DNA of 64,000 nt from Opitutales bacterium (GTDB lineage: Bacteria; Verrucomicrobiota; Verrucomicrobiia; Opitutales; PNEW01), in contig CBDANS010000006.1 in NCBI GenBank assembly GCA_965197745.1, positions 1,152,001-1,216,000 on the forward strand. The letters run 5' to 3'. The notes beneath the pieces are model-generated. The model worked only from the letters and a program-made list of their open reading frames with translations, searched no databases and was not told the DNA's origin. This document shows positions 42,469-52,388 of the stretch, piece after piece. A program made the position numbers and the translations under genes. Every line of letters begins with the position of its first letter. The stretch's first letter is position 1.

Positions 42469-43479
42469 GTGATGTCTCCTACATTCCCAATTAATACATC
42501 TATTATATCCAGTGATGCTCTCCTGGAAAGAGTGTTAAATAGATATGTATTTAAAGGGGAAATAGAGTGTCATTTCTTTTGTTCTCGTGTAAATGACACA
42601 TATATTGTCGAAACGGATTCGAAGACTTACTACCTCCGCGTATATTATTACAGATGGAGATCGAGACGAGATATAGATGCAGAAATTGAACTTTTAAATT
42701 ATCTAAAGAAAAAGAAGATACCTGTTTCTGTCCCCGTAAAAAGAAAAGACGGATCATACATTACCAGGATAAATGCACCTGAGGGCATTCGATATGCCGT
42801 GTTATTTACAGGTGCTGAGGGTAGAGTTCCTCTTAATATGAACAATAAGCGTAGTTCATTATATGGAAAACTAGTAGCTAAAATTCACAATGTGACAGAT
42901 AAACTGGATAAAGAATATTTGAGATTCCACATTGATCTGAAGCATTTAATTGATGATCCATTGTGTCATATAGAATCATTACTTAAACATAGAAAAAACG
43001 ATTTTAATTATCTTTGTAAAATTGGAGAATCGCTGAAGCTTGAAATCGACAAGTTGTTACCCAAAACCAAACCACAATATGGAATATGTCATGGTGACCA
43101 CTTTGGTGGTAATGTTTTCTTTAACGAAAACGATGAATTGACGCTATTTGATTTTGATTGTTTTGGATATGGATGGAGAGCTTACGATATTGCTGTTTTT
43201 CTGTCTTCTAGAACTACAATTGGCAATTGGAGTATAGAAGCGAATTCAAAAAGGACAAGACGTTGGAACGCTTTCTTGAAAGGTTATACTAAGGAACGAG
43301 AGCTGAGTGACGAAGAAATAATAGCAACAAAGATATTCGTTCCGATTAGGCAAATATGGGTTTTAGGTTTGCAAACACAAAGTTCCGAACGATTCGGAAG
43401 AGCATGGATGGGCGATGCATATTTCGACCAGCATATTAATTTCATCAAGGATTGGATTAAAAACTACAAAGTATTATGA
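42469..43479 (+). CDS. Homoserine-kinase-type-II / APH family phosphotransferase
   Basis: CHGDHFGGN, FDFD, YDIA. Confidence 0.9.
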   Translation: MMSPTFPINTSIISSDALLERVLNRYVFKGEIECHFFCSRVNDTYIVETDSKTYYLRVYYYRWRSRRDIDAEIELLNYLKKKKIPVSVPVKRKDGSYITRINAPEGIRYAVLFTGAEGRVPLNMNNKRSSLYGKLVAKIHNVTDKLDKEYLRFHIDLKHLIDDPLCHIESLLKHRKNDFNYLCKIGESLKLEIDKLLPKTKPQYGICHGDHFGGNVFFNENDELTLFDFDCFGYGWRAYDIAVFLSSRTTIGNWSIEANSKRTRRWNAFLKGYTKERELSDEEIIATKIFVPIRQIWVLGLQTQSSERFGRAWMGDAYFDQHINFIKDWIKNYKVL

Positions 43480-43579
43480 GTGTTCTAACTAGTGATTCTT
43501 GAACACAATTTCATCAATCTATTATTGGAAATAAAGGCTCAATTCAAAATTTAATACCAGCAAACAGTGTCGAATAAAA

Positions 43580-44596
43580 ATGAATATCGACTATATCATT
43601 AAATATTTCAACAAGCGCAAAACCAGAATTAATCCGGATAAAGAACCTGGGTTTAGTTCTGCAATAATCCATAATGGGCAGATGATTTATGAATTAAATC
43701 ATGGTCTAGCCAATCTTGAGCATGAAACTCCGCTAACCAGCAGTTCTCTGTACTATTTGGCTTCAGTGTCTAAACAGTTTACTGCGACCTGTGTTTTAAA
43801 TTTAGTAAACGATAAACGACTAAAGTTAAGTCAGGACATTAGAGAGATTGTAAAGGAGACAAAACATTTTAAAAAGAAAATCACAGTTCAAAATTTATTA
43901 AATCATACAAGTGGTATACCAGATTACTTCCAGTATTTTGCTTGTCAGCTTGGGCGACATCCAAGTGACTACTTTGAAAACGCAGATATTTTAAGAGTTT
44001 TGAGTAATATTTATTCCGTTGATTTTCAACCAAACGAAAAATTTAGTTATAGTAATACCAACTATATTATTCTCACCCAGATAGTAAAACTTATCTCTGG
44101 AATATCGTTTCCTAAGTATGCAAAAAAAGTAATATTCACTCCCTTAGGAATGAAAATAACGCTTTTTGATAACGATAGGTACAAAGTTATTAAGAATCGG
44201 GTATATAGTTATACTACTGAGTCTAACAAACCACGAAGATATAGAGTTGAATTGAAAAATTCGTGTACCGTTGGCGATGGAGGTGTTCTTTCTAATATCA
44301 ACGACCTTGCTAAATGGGAGATAAACTTCCATGACAATAAAATCTTACCAAAGAATATAATTAGAAGACTAACAAACAATTTAAGATTATCGAATGGTAA
44401 GTATGTTAATTATGGTAATGGTCTATTTCTGAAAGATGTAGGTAAATATAAATTAAATTATCATGGTGGAGCGTTTGAGGGATTTCGTACATATAATCTT
44501 AGAGTTCCATCAATGAAATTGTCTGTTATTTATCTTTCTAACAATCCTTCACAAGTTTTTGATTTTAACCCCAGTTTCATTTTTAGAAAGAAATAG
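43580..44596 (+). CDS. Serine hydrolase, beta-lactamase family
   Basis: ASVSKQF, LLNHTSG, YSN, HGG. Confidence 0.9.
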   Translation: MNIDYIIKYFNKRKTRINPDKEPGFSSAIIHNGQMIYELNHGLANLEHETPLTSSSLYYLASVSKQFTATCVLNLVNDKRLKLSQDIREIVKETKHFKKKITVQNLLNHTSGIPDYFQYFACQLGRHPSDYFENADILRVLSNIYSVDFQPNEKFSYSNTNYIILTQIVKLISGISFPKYAKKVIFTPLGMKITLFDNDRYKVIKNRVYSYTTESNKPRRYRVELKNSCTVGDGGVLSNINDLAKWEINFHDNKILPKNIIRRLTNNLRLSNGKYVNYGNGLFLKDVGKYKLNYHGGAFEGFRTYNLRVPSMKLSVIYLSNNPSQVFDFNPSFIFRKK

Positions 44597-44602
44597 CTGA
44601 CG

Positions 44603-45892
44603 TGACCTGCACCCGATTACTGTACCAGAGCCAGTGTTAGATCCGGCAGGGTGGTATGGGTTTTAATTTTCTTAGACATGGCTCTCTGGGCGTATTCGGC
44701 CGGAGGCCGATAGCCCAGAGAGCTGTGTGGTCTTTGAGTATTATAATCAAGCCGCCAGGTTTCAAGTTTTTCTTTCACTTGTACCAGCGTAATAAATATC
44801 TCGGTGTTAAGAAGTTCATCGCGCAAGCGTCCATTGAAGCTCTCTATATAGCCATTTTCTACGGGTTTACCTGGCCGGATAAAATCCAGCTCGATGCCAT
44901 GGCCATAAGCCCACTGATCCATTACTTTGCCGGCAAACTCAGGACCATTATCGACGGTAATGGTTTCGGGAAGACCGATTCGTTCAGCGGCTTTCGTAAG
45001 TGCTGCAGTGACTTTATGACCACCGATGGACGTATCGGCCAGAAGCAGTGGGCAAGCTCGGGTATACTGATCGACAACGGTGAGAATGCGGAAAGGGCGG
45101 CCGTTGACCAGCCGATCGCTCATAAAGTCCATCGACCAGCGTTCCTGGGCAGCTGAAGCCGCGGGCAGTGAGACCCGCCTTTGCGCGGCACGCTTCTTAC
45201 GTTTCTTCGTGCGCACTTCCAGCCCTTCAGCCTTGTAGATCCGATAGACGCGTTTCTTTCCTACCGACCAGCCCTCCCGCTTTAACCAGCCCTCCCGCTT
45301 TAATAACACCGTGATTCGCCTATACCCGTAGCGCACACGCGCGGCGGCGAGGTCTCGTATGCGCACAATCAGCGCGCGTTCGTCCCTCATCACCGGCTGA
45401 TAGTTATAACTCGACCAATACAACTGCATCAGCCTGCACGCCCGGCGTTTGCTCACTGCATAAGCTTCCACTAACCACTCAACAATCGCCTTCTTGCCCA
45501 CTGGCTTTATAACTTTTTTGCGATTACTTCCTGCAGCATGTGCTTGTCCAGGCTCAGATCAGCTACCAGTTTCTTCAAACTGCTGTTCTCTTCGTCAAGT
45601 TGCTTCAGCCGTCTTAATTCACTTATTCCCATGCCCGCGTATTTACCCTTCCAACGGTGGTAGGTCTGTTCGCTCACCCCTAACTCCCGGCACACTTCAG
45701 CGATCCTTCGACCACCTTCAACCTGCCTTAGGGCATAGATGATTTGTTCATTATTATAGCGTTTGTCAGGCCTTCTCGGCTGCGCCTCGTTTTCCTTTGC
45801 TTTTCATGGGTCGTTCTTTCTTCTATTATTTATTTGTTTTTCACCCATGCCAGACTAAATCTTGGCTGCTACAGTTTTTCGGGGACAGGTCA
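44603..45892 (-). mobile_element. IS-B copy 2, full length; orfA broken by a 28-nt insertion; 18-bp duplication in orfB
   Basis: TGACCTG at both ends; orfA ATG 45807, orfB 44617..45501 with DDE motifs and LKREGW twice. Confidence 0.93.
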
Positions 45893-46086
45893 ACTAAAAA
45901 AACTCTTGCCCAATTCCTGGCTGAAAATCAACAAAAAGCATGATTCCTGCCCATTCCTGCCAAGCATTTAGAGGCAACGTCAGGAAATCAGAGGAAAACA
46001 TAAATTATTTATGTATCGCTATTTAAGTTTAAACATTTATTAATAAGTGACTTATGAACATTACTAAGTTCCGTTCATAGTCGGTT
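45893..46086 (+). mobile_element. Element end with ATTCCT direct repeats terminating at TCGGTT
   Basis: Homologous to 28330..28523; the SBP frame resumes at GGT TAT ACA GTT. Confidence 0.7.
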
Positions 46087-47496
46087 ATACAGTTCGTTAC
46101 ATCTTTCATAAACCGAACTACTCTTTCATCGAGAAAGCAGCGAGTTTGACTGGGGCCGGCCAAAGCGCGCGTCAATATAACTGTCCCTTTTATGCTCCCC
46201 GACATTATTTAAAGCAGTTTCTCCCGAAGTATGTCTCTTCAGCAGAACTCGCTCGTAAAGTTAAAGCCTACGGAATGGAGAGTTGGGTTTCGCTCTTCAT
46301 CCGCGTGTCAAGGTTGCACGAAAACCCGAAATTACCCGTGGTGGGACCATGGAAGACAGTAACACCAATTACCGGTGACGTCTTTTCTCTCGAGCGCAAC
46401 CCCTATTACTTTGCTGTCGATCCCGAAGGGAATCAGTTGCCCTACATCGATCGCATTGAAATGAATCTGGTTGAAGACATAGAAGTCTTTAACATGCGAG
46501 TAATTTCGGGGGCGGTTGACATGCAGCATCGTCATGTCCTTCTCGACAAAGTGCCGGTCCTGAAAAGCGAGGCGAAGAAGGGCAACTACCGGGTGCTTTT
46601 ATGGCCGGGCCTGGGAGGTTCCGATGCGGCTATTTTTTGTCAACCAGACGTGGCAGGGGGATCCGGAGATTGAAAAGTGGCTGCGAAGTCGCGATTTTCG
46701 TATGGCCCTCTCACTCGGCATTGATCGTGAAGAAATTAACGAGGCCATTTTTTTAGGAATCGGTGAGCCGCGACCGTTCGTAACCCTTCCCGGGAACAGG
46801 TTCTACCCTGGCCCGGAATACGAGAGGAAGTATGCCGAACGCGATCTAGTGAAAGCCAACGCGATCTTGGACCGTATCGGCTTAGCGTCGAAGGGCAAGA
46901 ATGGATACCGTTTACGAACGGATAATAAGGAACCGTTGATTTTTACCCTGGCGGTGTTAAGTCGAACCTTTTTAAATTTCGAAGGCATCGGTGAACTGGT
47001 GATTCGCCACGGGAAAGACATCGGCATTAATTTACATTTAAAAGTTGAGGAACGCAGTCTGTTTTTTAGACGATCGGAAAGTAACGAACAACAACTTGCG
47101 ATGTTTGGTCCCGCCGCGGTAAAACCGTGGGCCTATCCACAGATAACCATACCGATTAATAGACAGGCGAATTTCGCACCAGACGTCGGTATATGGTACC
47201 AATCGGATGGTAAAAGAGGAATAGCTCCTACCGGTGGTCTCAAACAGCTGCTCGATATATATGATAAAGGCAATAGCGTACCCTTAGAGAAACGCATCGA
47301 TCTGGGCAAAGAGCTGTGGCGCGTTCACGTTGATAATCTTTACGCCATTGGACTCATTGGGAACTCCCCAGCCTATAACGGCGTGGTAGTGGTGAAGAAT
47401 TATTTTCGTAATGTCCCGGATGTTGCCCCCAACAGCTCAGCTCATCAAAACCCGGGCATTGTTCGTCCCGAACAGTTTTTCTTCGAGCAGAACTAA
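46083..47496 (+). pseudogene. 3' part of the family-5 SBP split at 36608, with an additional frameshift near 46635
   Basis: GYTVRYIFHKP..APRHYLKQF..RNPYYFAVDPEGNQLPYID / FRMALSLGIDREEINE..PEQFF. Confidence 0.88.
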
Positions 47497-47570
47497 CGGG
47501 TAGACGCAAGCTGATCAATAGTTTGACTTTGTTCCTTGCCCATGCAGAGAAAGCAATCTGCCCCTTTTTC

Positions 47571-48455
47571 CTAAATAGTAGTCTTTTCTATGGGGAACGA
47601 GATGGCCGCTCCATCTTCATTCACGAAAGTGGTACTGATCACCTGTTTCGTTGGCTGGGCAGTCCCGTCAGACTTGACATTGTTCTGTATGATCAGGGTT
47701 TCAAATCCTCGACTCTGTGAATTACCCGCCGCAACTCTAACCGATACATTGTTGGTCTGACGAAGATCCCCGCCGGCTACACGCATCCCTGGATTGGGTG
47801 CGGCAACGGTGAAGGAATCATCACCAAATAAAAGATAGGGAACCGCATCGCCCGAGGCGTCGATATCACCGATCAACACCCGGACTGCCACAGACACTCC
47901 GGGGGCTTTTAACCCCACGTCCCCGGTGTCGTGATTGAATCGGGTGTTCGCGCAGAGAATACCTCCAAATCCTGTTGAGTTGGTGATTTCAAGTAGCGCG
48001 ACATCGGCCATGGCGTCATAATCTTCACCTTTGGGAAAAAGGGCTTGATTCACGGCATTGATCGAACCCACCGTGAAGATACTTAAGAAAGTATTTTCGT
48101 CGGCCTGTTCCACTCTTATCGTTGGGCGTCCTCCAACGTAATTCACGGTCGGTTGATTGTATTTTGCCGGTGGGGCCGCGGCGACAAAAGTATCCGGGTC
48201 AAGGCTAACCGTTACCACGGCGTTACCGGAAAACTCAACCTGTGTAATATCTTCGTTCACATCGAGGAAGGAGACACGAGTGATCTCGGAACCATCCGTG
48301 AGCAGCGTCACGCTTTCACCGGTAAGCAAGACCTGATTATAAATATTTCCATCGGGATGGGTGATATCTTCGCCAACAACGACTCCCTCACCGCTTTCTA
48401 CCAGATCGGCAGACTCTAAAGTCGTGCCAAGAAAAGTAAGAAAAGAAAGAGCCAC
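47571..48455 (-). CDS. Secreted protein consisting only of the C-terminal domain of 22998..25220 (start uncertain)
   Basis: GEDITHPDGNIYNQVLLTGESV..DITQVEFSGN..NQALFP..GGDL. Confidence 0.85.
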   Translation of the reverse strand: MALSFLTFLGTTLESADLVESGEGVVVGEDITHPDGNIYNQVLLTGESVTLLTDGSEITRVSFLDVNEDITQVEFSGNAVVTVSLDPDTFVAAAPPAKYNQPTVNYVGGRPTIRVEQADENTFLSIFTVGSINAVNQALFPKGEDYDAMADVALLEITNSTGFGGILCANTRFNHDTGDVGLKAPGVSVAVRVLIGDIDASGDAVPYLLFGDDSFTVAAPNPGMRVAGGDLRQTNNVSVRVAAGNSQSRGFETLIIQNNVKSDGTAQPTKQVISTTFVNEDGAAISFPIEKTTI

Positions 48456-48805
48456 TAAATATTTGTGTAAATCTTCATATCCATAACTATTTTATTATAT
48501 TAAAAGAACAGATAAGTATAAGGAGTTCTCCACACGCAGCAAGAAATTAGGTTTAGGTCTGTTCCACGGGCATTATTTTAACAAGCTCTTTACATTCGAT
48601 TTCTCTCGAGCGAATCAGTATGTCTGACGCTGCTTTGCGGTGTTTCATTCTTTAAGGGATAAGGAAGAATTGGCCTGAAAGTCAGTTTATAAATTTAACA
48701 TTTGATTAATGAGAAAAATTTCGGGTTATATTTGGAGCTATCAATAATGCTTAATCATTCAAATTCTTGCCCCCCATTCCCAATTAGTTAACGGAGGAAT
48801 ATTTA

Positions 48806-50287
48806 GTGCGTATTGCCGTTGGATGTATCGGACACGAAACCAATACTTTTTCTCTTGTTCCCACCACTATCGATAGCTTCAAAAAGCGGAGTTACTTTAT
48901 CGGTGAGGAAATGTTTCCGGAGTTTCGAAATACGGGCACCATCATGGGGGGGGGTATGGACGCCGCAGAGCAATTGGGAATAGAACTTATCCCGCTTTTG
49001 TGGACTTTTGCCAACCCGTCTGGAATCGTGAAGCAAACAACCTACGACACGCTGAAAGCTGAGTTCCTGGATCGCTTAAGGGATGCGGGAAAGATCGATG
49101 GTGTCCTCCTTGATTTACACGGGGCAATGACAGTGGAGGAGATCGAAGATGGCGAGGGGGACTTAATGGCGGCTGTGCATGATCTAGTCGGGGAACTGCC
49201 AATTATAACAACGCTGGATCTTCATGCGAACATAGGTCCTCAAATGGTGAAAAATTCAGACATCATCATCGGGTACGATACCTATCCTCATGTCGATATG
49301 TACGATCGCGGGTATGAAGCGGCGCAATTACTGGTTAAAATTATTAAGGGTAGTGTTAAACCGACGATGGCTTATCGACAGCTCCCCTTGCTCACCCCAC
49401 CTCCCGGTCAATGTACTATGAGGCAACCGATGATTGATGTTCTAAAAAATCTTCACGCCCTGGAAGAACAGCCCGGCGTGGAAACCGCGACACTGGCGAT
49501 GGGATTTCCATTTGCCGATATTAGTATTGCCGGGGTAACGGTGCTGGTGACGACGAATGGGAACCAGACACTTGCCGATAAACTGGCCGATGAATTTTCG
49601 ACCACTATCTGGGGGATGCGAAAAGAAATTCAGGGAAATCTTGTTTCGATTGAAGAGGCAATAGAGTACGCTAATAAATCCGAGGGGAAACCGATTGTCC
49701 TATCGGAAGGTTCCGATAACCCGGGCGGTGGAGCGCCCTGTGATGGCACGCATATTCTCCGTGCCTTCATCGACGCCGATATGCGAGATACCGTCTTTGC
49801 GATCATTGCCGATCCTGAATCGGTTAAACACGCGATTGAGGCGGGAGTCGGAAACACGGTTTCACTCAAGGTAGGGGGAAAGACTGACCCCAGGCATGGC
49901 GAACCCATCGCCCTCAACGGGTACGTAAAATTAATTACAGATGGAACGTTTGTGCATAAGGGACCGATGAGCCGCGGGATAAAATCAGGAATGGGAATGA
50001 CCGTCGTCCTTATAGTCGGAGGCATCGAAATCATCCTGACAGAGGAACGCACTCAGCCCTTTGACGCCGAGGTTCTTCGCAGTGTCGGTATTGAACCAAC
50101 GGACCGAAAAATTATCGTGCTCAAATCCGCCGTTCACTTTCGTGCCGATTACACCCCGATTGCCCATGAAATCCTCGATGTCGATACCCCCGGTATACAT
50201 AGCCCAAATCTATTAAATTACTCCTATAAAAATGTCCGGCGCCCCATCTATCCGCTGGATGAGAATGCAGAATTTGTGAAAGGATAA
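48806..50287 (+). CDS. M81 family metallopeptidase (MlrC-like)
   Basis: HETNTFS, LDLHGAM, LDLHAN, TYPHVD, DNPGGG, LKSAVHF. Confidence 0.93.
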   Translation: MRIAVGCIGHETNTFSLVPTTIDSFKKRSYFIGEEMFPEFRNTGTIMGGGMDAAEQLGIELIPLLWTFANPSGIVKQTTYDTLKAEFLDRLRDAGKIDGVLLDLHGAMTVEEIEDGEGDLMAAVHDLVGELPIITTLDLHANIGPQMVKNSDIIIGYDTYPHVDMYDRGYEAAQLLVKIIKGSVKPTMAYRQLPLLTPPPGQCTMRQPMIDVLKNLHALEEQPGVETATLAMGFPFADISIAGVTVLVTTNGNQTLADKLADEFSTTIWGMRKEIQGNLVSIEEAIEYANKSEGKPIVLSEGSDNPGGGAPCDGTHILRAFIDADMRDTVFAIIADPESVKHAIEAGVGNTVSLKVGGKTDPRHGEPIALNGYVKLITDGTFVHKGPMSRGIKSGMGMTVVLIVGGIEIILTEERTQPFDAEVLRSVGIEPTDRKIIVLKSAVHFRADYTPIAHEILDVDTPGIHSPNLLNYSYKNVRRPIYPLDENAEFVKG

Positions 50288-50394
50288 TCCGCCGGTGCAA
50301 ATGGCAGAGAACAAAGCTTTTAATTCAGCCCTTGTCATAGGCGACACAGTCATCTCTACTTATACTGGTTTTCATTTTAACTTCGATAAATACT

Positions 50395-51255
50395 ATGGCT
50401 TATAAATTTGATCCGAGTACGATGTACATGATGCCGACCCACTTTGGCCAGGGTCTGGGTCCGAGGCAGGGGCCTCAGAAACGAAAATTCGAATGCAAGG
50501 ATAATCCGAAGAGTAAAAGCTTCTCTGTAAGTTTCCTGACGAATCGCGAACAACTCGAGGCCCTCTTACCCGAACGATTCGAGGTAGGGGAGGAGCCGCT
50601 CGTAACCGTTTTTGCTACATACATGAAAGAAATCGAATGGTTGGCCGGTCGCGGATATAATGTCCTCGGCGTCAATTTTCCGGCTATCTTTAAAGGAGAG
50701 CGAGACCATGCTGTGGGCGACTTCCTGGCGGTACTTTGGGAAAATTTAACTGATCCGATATTAACCGGACGTGAACAGATTGGATATTCTAAAATCTACT
50801 GCGAAATCCCAGAGCCGTCCGTGCTTGGTGGAGAAACCCATATAACTGCCAGTTGGCTCGGTTTCAAGTTTCTGGATATTAATCTCAAAGAGATGACCCC
50901 TTTAGATAGGGGCCAGCCCCCGGATCGATCAGAGGAATCGAGAGATGAGAAACCGAATGATGCTGTTTTAAAAGGAATGCTGCACTATAAATATATGCCC
51001 AGAACAGGAGAGTGGGGGACCGCCGATGCCAGCTATGCCGTTCTCACCCCGGAAGAAAATCCGAATTGGACAGCGAAAGAAGAATCACAGGGCAAGGGAA
51101 CGGTGGAATTTCATAAAGCAAGGTGGGAGGATATGCCGACGCAGTATTTAATCGTCAACGGGTTGCAAGAACTGGAAATAAAGGAATACCGCGATGCGAC
51201 ATATTGTAAAAGTGTGGGTGGAAAAGACTTAAGTGATCAAAGGATCCTTCTCTAA
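50395..51255 (+). CDS. Acetoacetate decarboxylase family protein
   Basis: MPTHFG, WLAGRGYN, GREQIGYSK. Confidence 0.85.
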   Translation: MAYKFDPSTMYMMPTHFGQGLGPRQGPQKRKFECKDNPKSKSFSVSFLTNREQLEALLPERFEVGEEPLVTVFATYMKEIEWLAGRGYNVLGVNFPAIFKGERDHAVGDFLAVLWENLTDPILTGREQIGYSKIYCEIPEPSVLGGETHITASWLGFKFLDINLKEMTPLDRGQPPDRSEESRDEKPNDAVLKGMLHYKYMPRTGEWGTADASYAVLTPEENPNWTAKEESQGKGTVEFHKARWEDMPTQYLIVNGLQELEIKEYRDATYCKSVGGKDLSDQRILL

Positions 51256-51309
51256 AGACAGGGATAATGGGGGCAAGCGGTAATTTATTTTAATCAGGAA
51301 AAAACAATA

Positions 51310-52275
51310 ATGAAAAAAGCATTTTGGGAAAGTTTACCCAAGGGTTTTCATCACCGACGGATGGGAACCAGGAAAATCGGATTTGAGTGCTTCGTCTGGA
51401 AAGGGGACCCGGGTGAGGTGGTGTTGGCCAACGGTTCCACGCATGGAGATGAATATGAAGGACCGATTTTTTTAATGTCACTGGTCAATACCTGGAGACC
51501 GCTTAATCTTCGGGGCACTGTTATCATTATCCCGATCTTAAATGAAGGGGCCTTTAAGGCCGGGACAAGGTGTCGTCCCGATGATGAAAAAGATTTATCG
51601 CGTGTATTTCCGGGTAAATCGAAAGGGAGCTCCACGGAGCGACTGGCCAACTTATGCCTTAATGAATTAATAAGGCACATCAATTACTGGTTTGATTTTC
51701 ATAGTGCCGGTCCTATTAACGAAATCGCACAGTTCGTCGGTTATTATACTCATCCAAACCGTAAAGTGAATGAAGCGCAGGAAAAGATGGCTGCCTGTTT
51801 TGACAGGTACTGGCACTGGGCTGCTCCTTATCTGCCCGGTCGAACCGCGAGCGCAGCTCACGAGTTAAATGTCCCCTTCAATTACACCGAAAGTCGAGGT
51901 GGGGGAGGTGTATTAAATGAGGACCTGGCGATACACAAAGAAGGGTTCTTCGAATTTTTAAAAAGGTTCAACTTTATAAAAGGAAAGAAGAGAAAATTGC
52001 GCAGGCAGACGATAAGAATCAGCGATCGAGCAGAAGAAGCGCATCTTCAAACAACCCACCTGTCTCCCGCTTCCGGGTTATTGAGATTGAATGTAAAAGT
52101 CAGAGATAGAGTAAAGAAAGGGCAGATTATAGGTCATGTATATCCCCTTGATGGCGCTCCGGCCAAAAGCATAAAGGCGGAAAATTCGGGCACGGTTGTC
52201 GTCCTTCACCGCAGGGGGACCACGCAAAAAGGAGGGGTGACGGTGACGATTGTGCCGTTAAAGGGAAGAATATAA
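51310..52275 (+). CDS. Succinylglutamate desuccinylase/aspartoacylase (M14) family
   Basis: HGDEYEG, DLSRVFPG, DFHS. Confidence 0.9.
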   Translation: MKKAFWESLPKGFHHRRMGTRKIGFECFVWKGDPGEVVLANGSTHGDEYEGPIFLMSLVNTWRPLNLRGTVIIIPILNEGAFKAGTRCRPDDEKDLSRVFPGKSKGSSTERLANLCLNELIRHINYWFDFHSAGPINEIAQFVGYYTHPNRKVNEAQEKMAACFDRYWHWAAPYLPGRTASAAHELNVPFNYTESRGGGGVLNEDLAIHKEGFFEFLKRFNFIKGKKRKLRRQTIRISDRAEEAHLQTTHLSPASGLLRLNVKVRDRVKKGQIIGHVYPLDGAPAKSIKAENSGTVVVLHRRGTTQKGGVTVTIVPLKGRI

Positions 52276-52388
52276 GGTTTAAGCTGTGGCCCTGAAGTGT
52301 ACGGGCCCGTTTTATTTCATAGGGTGATCAAGGACAGACAGCCCGCCTCACCACCGCGCATACCCCTGTTAGACCTTCGACCTAGCAA

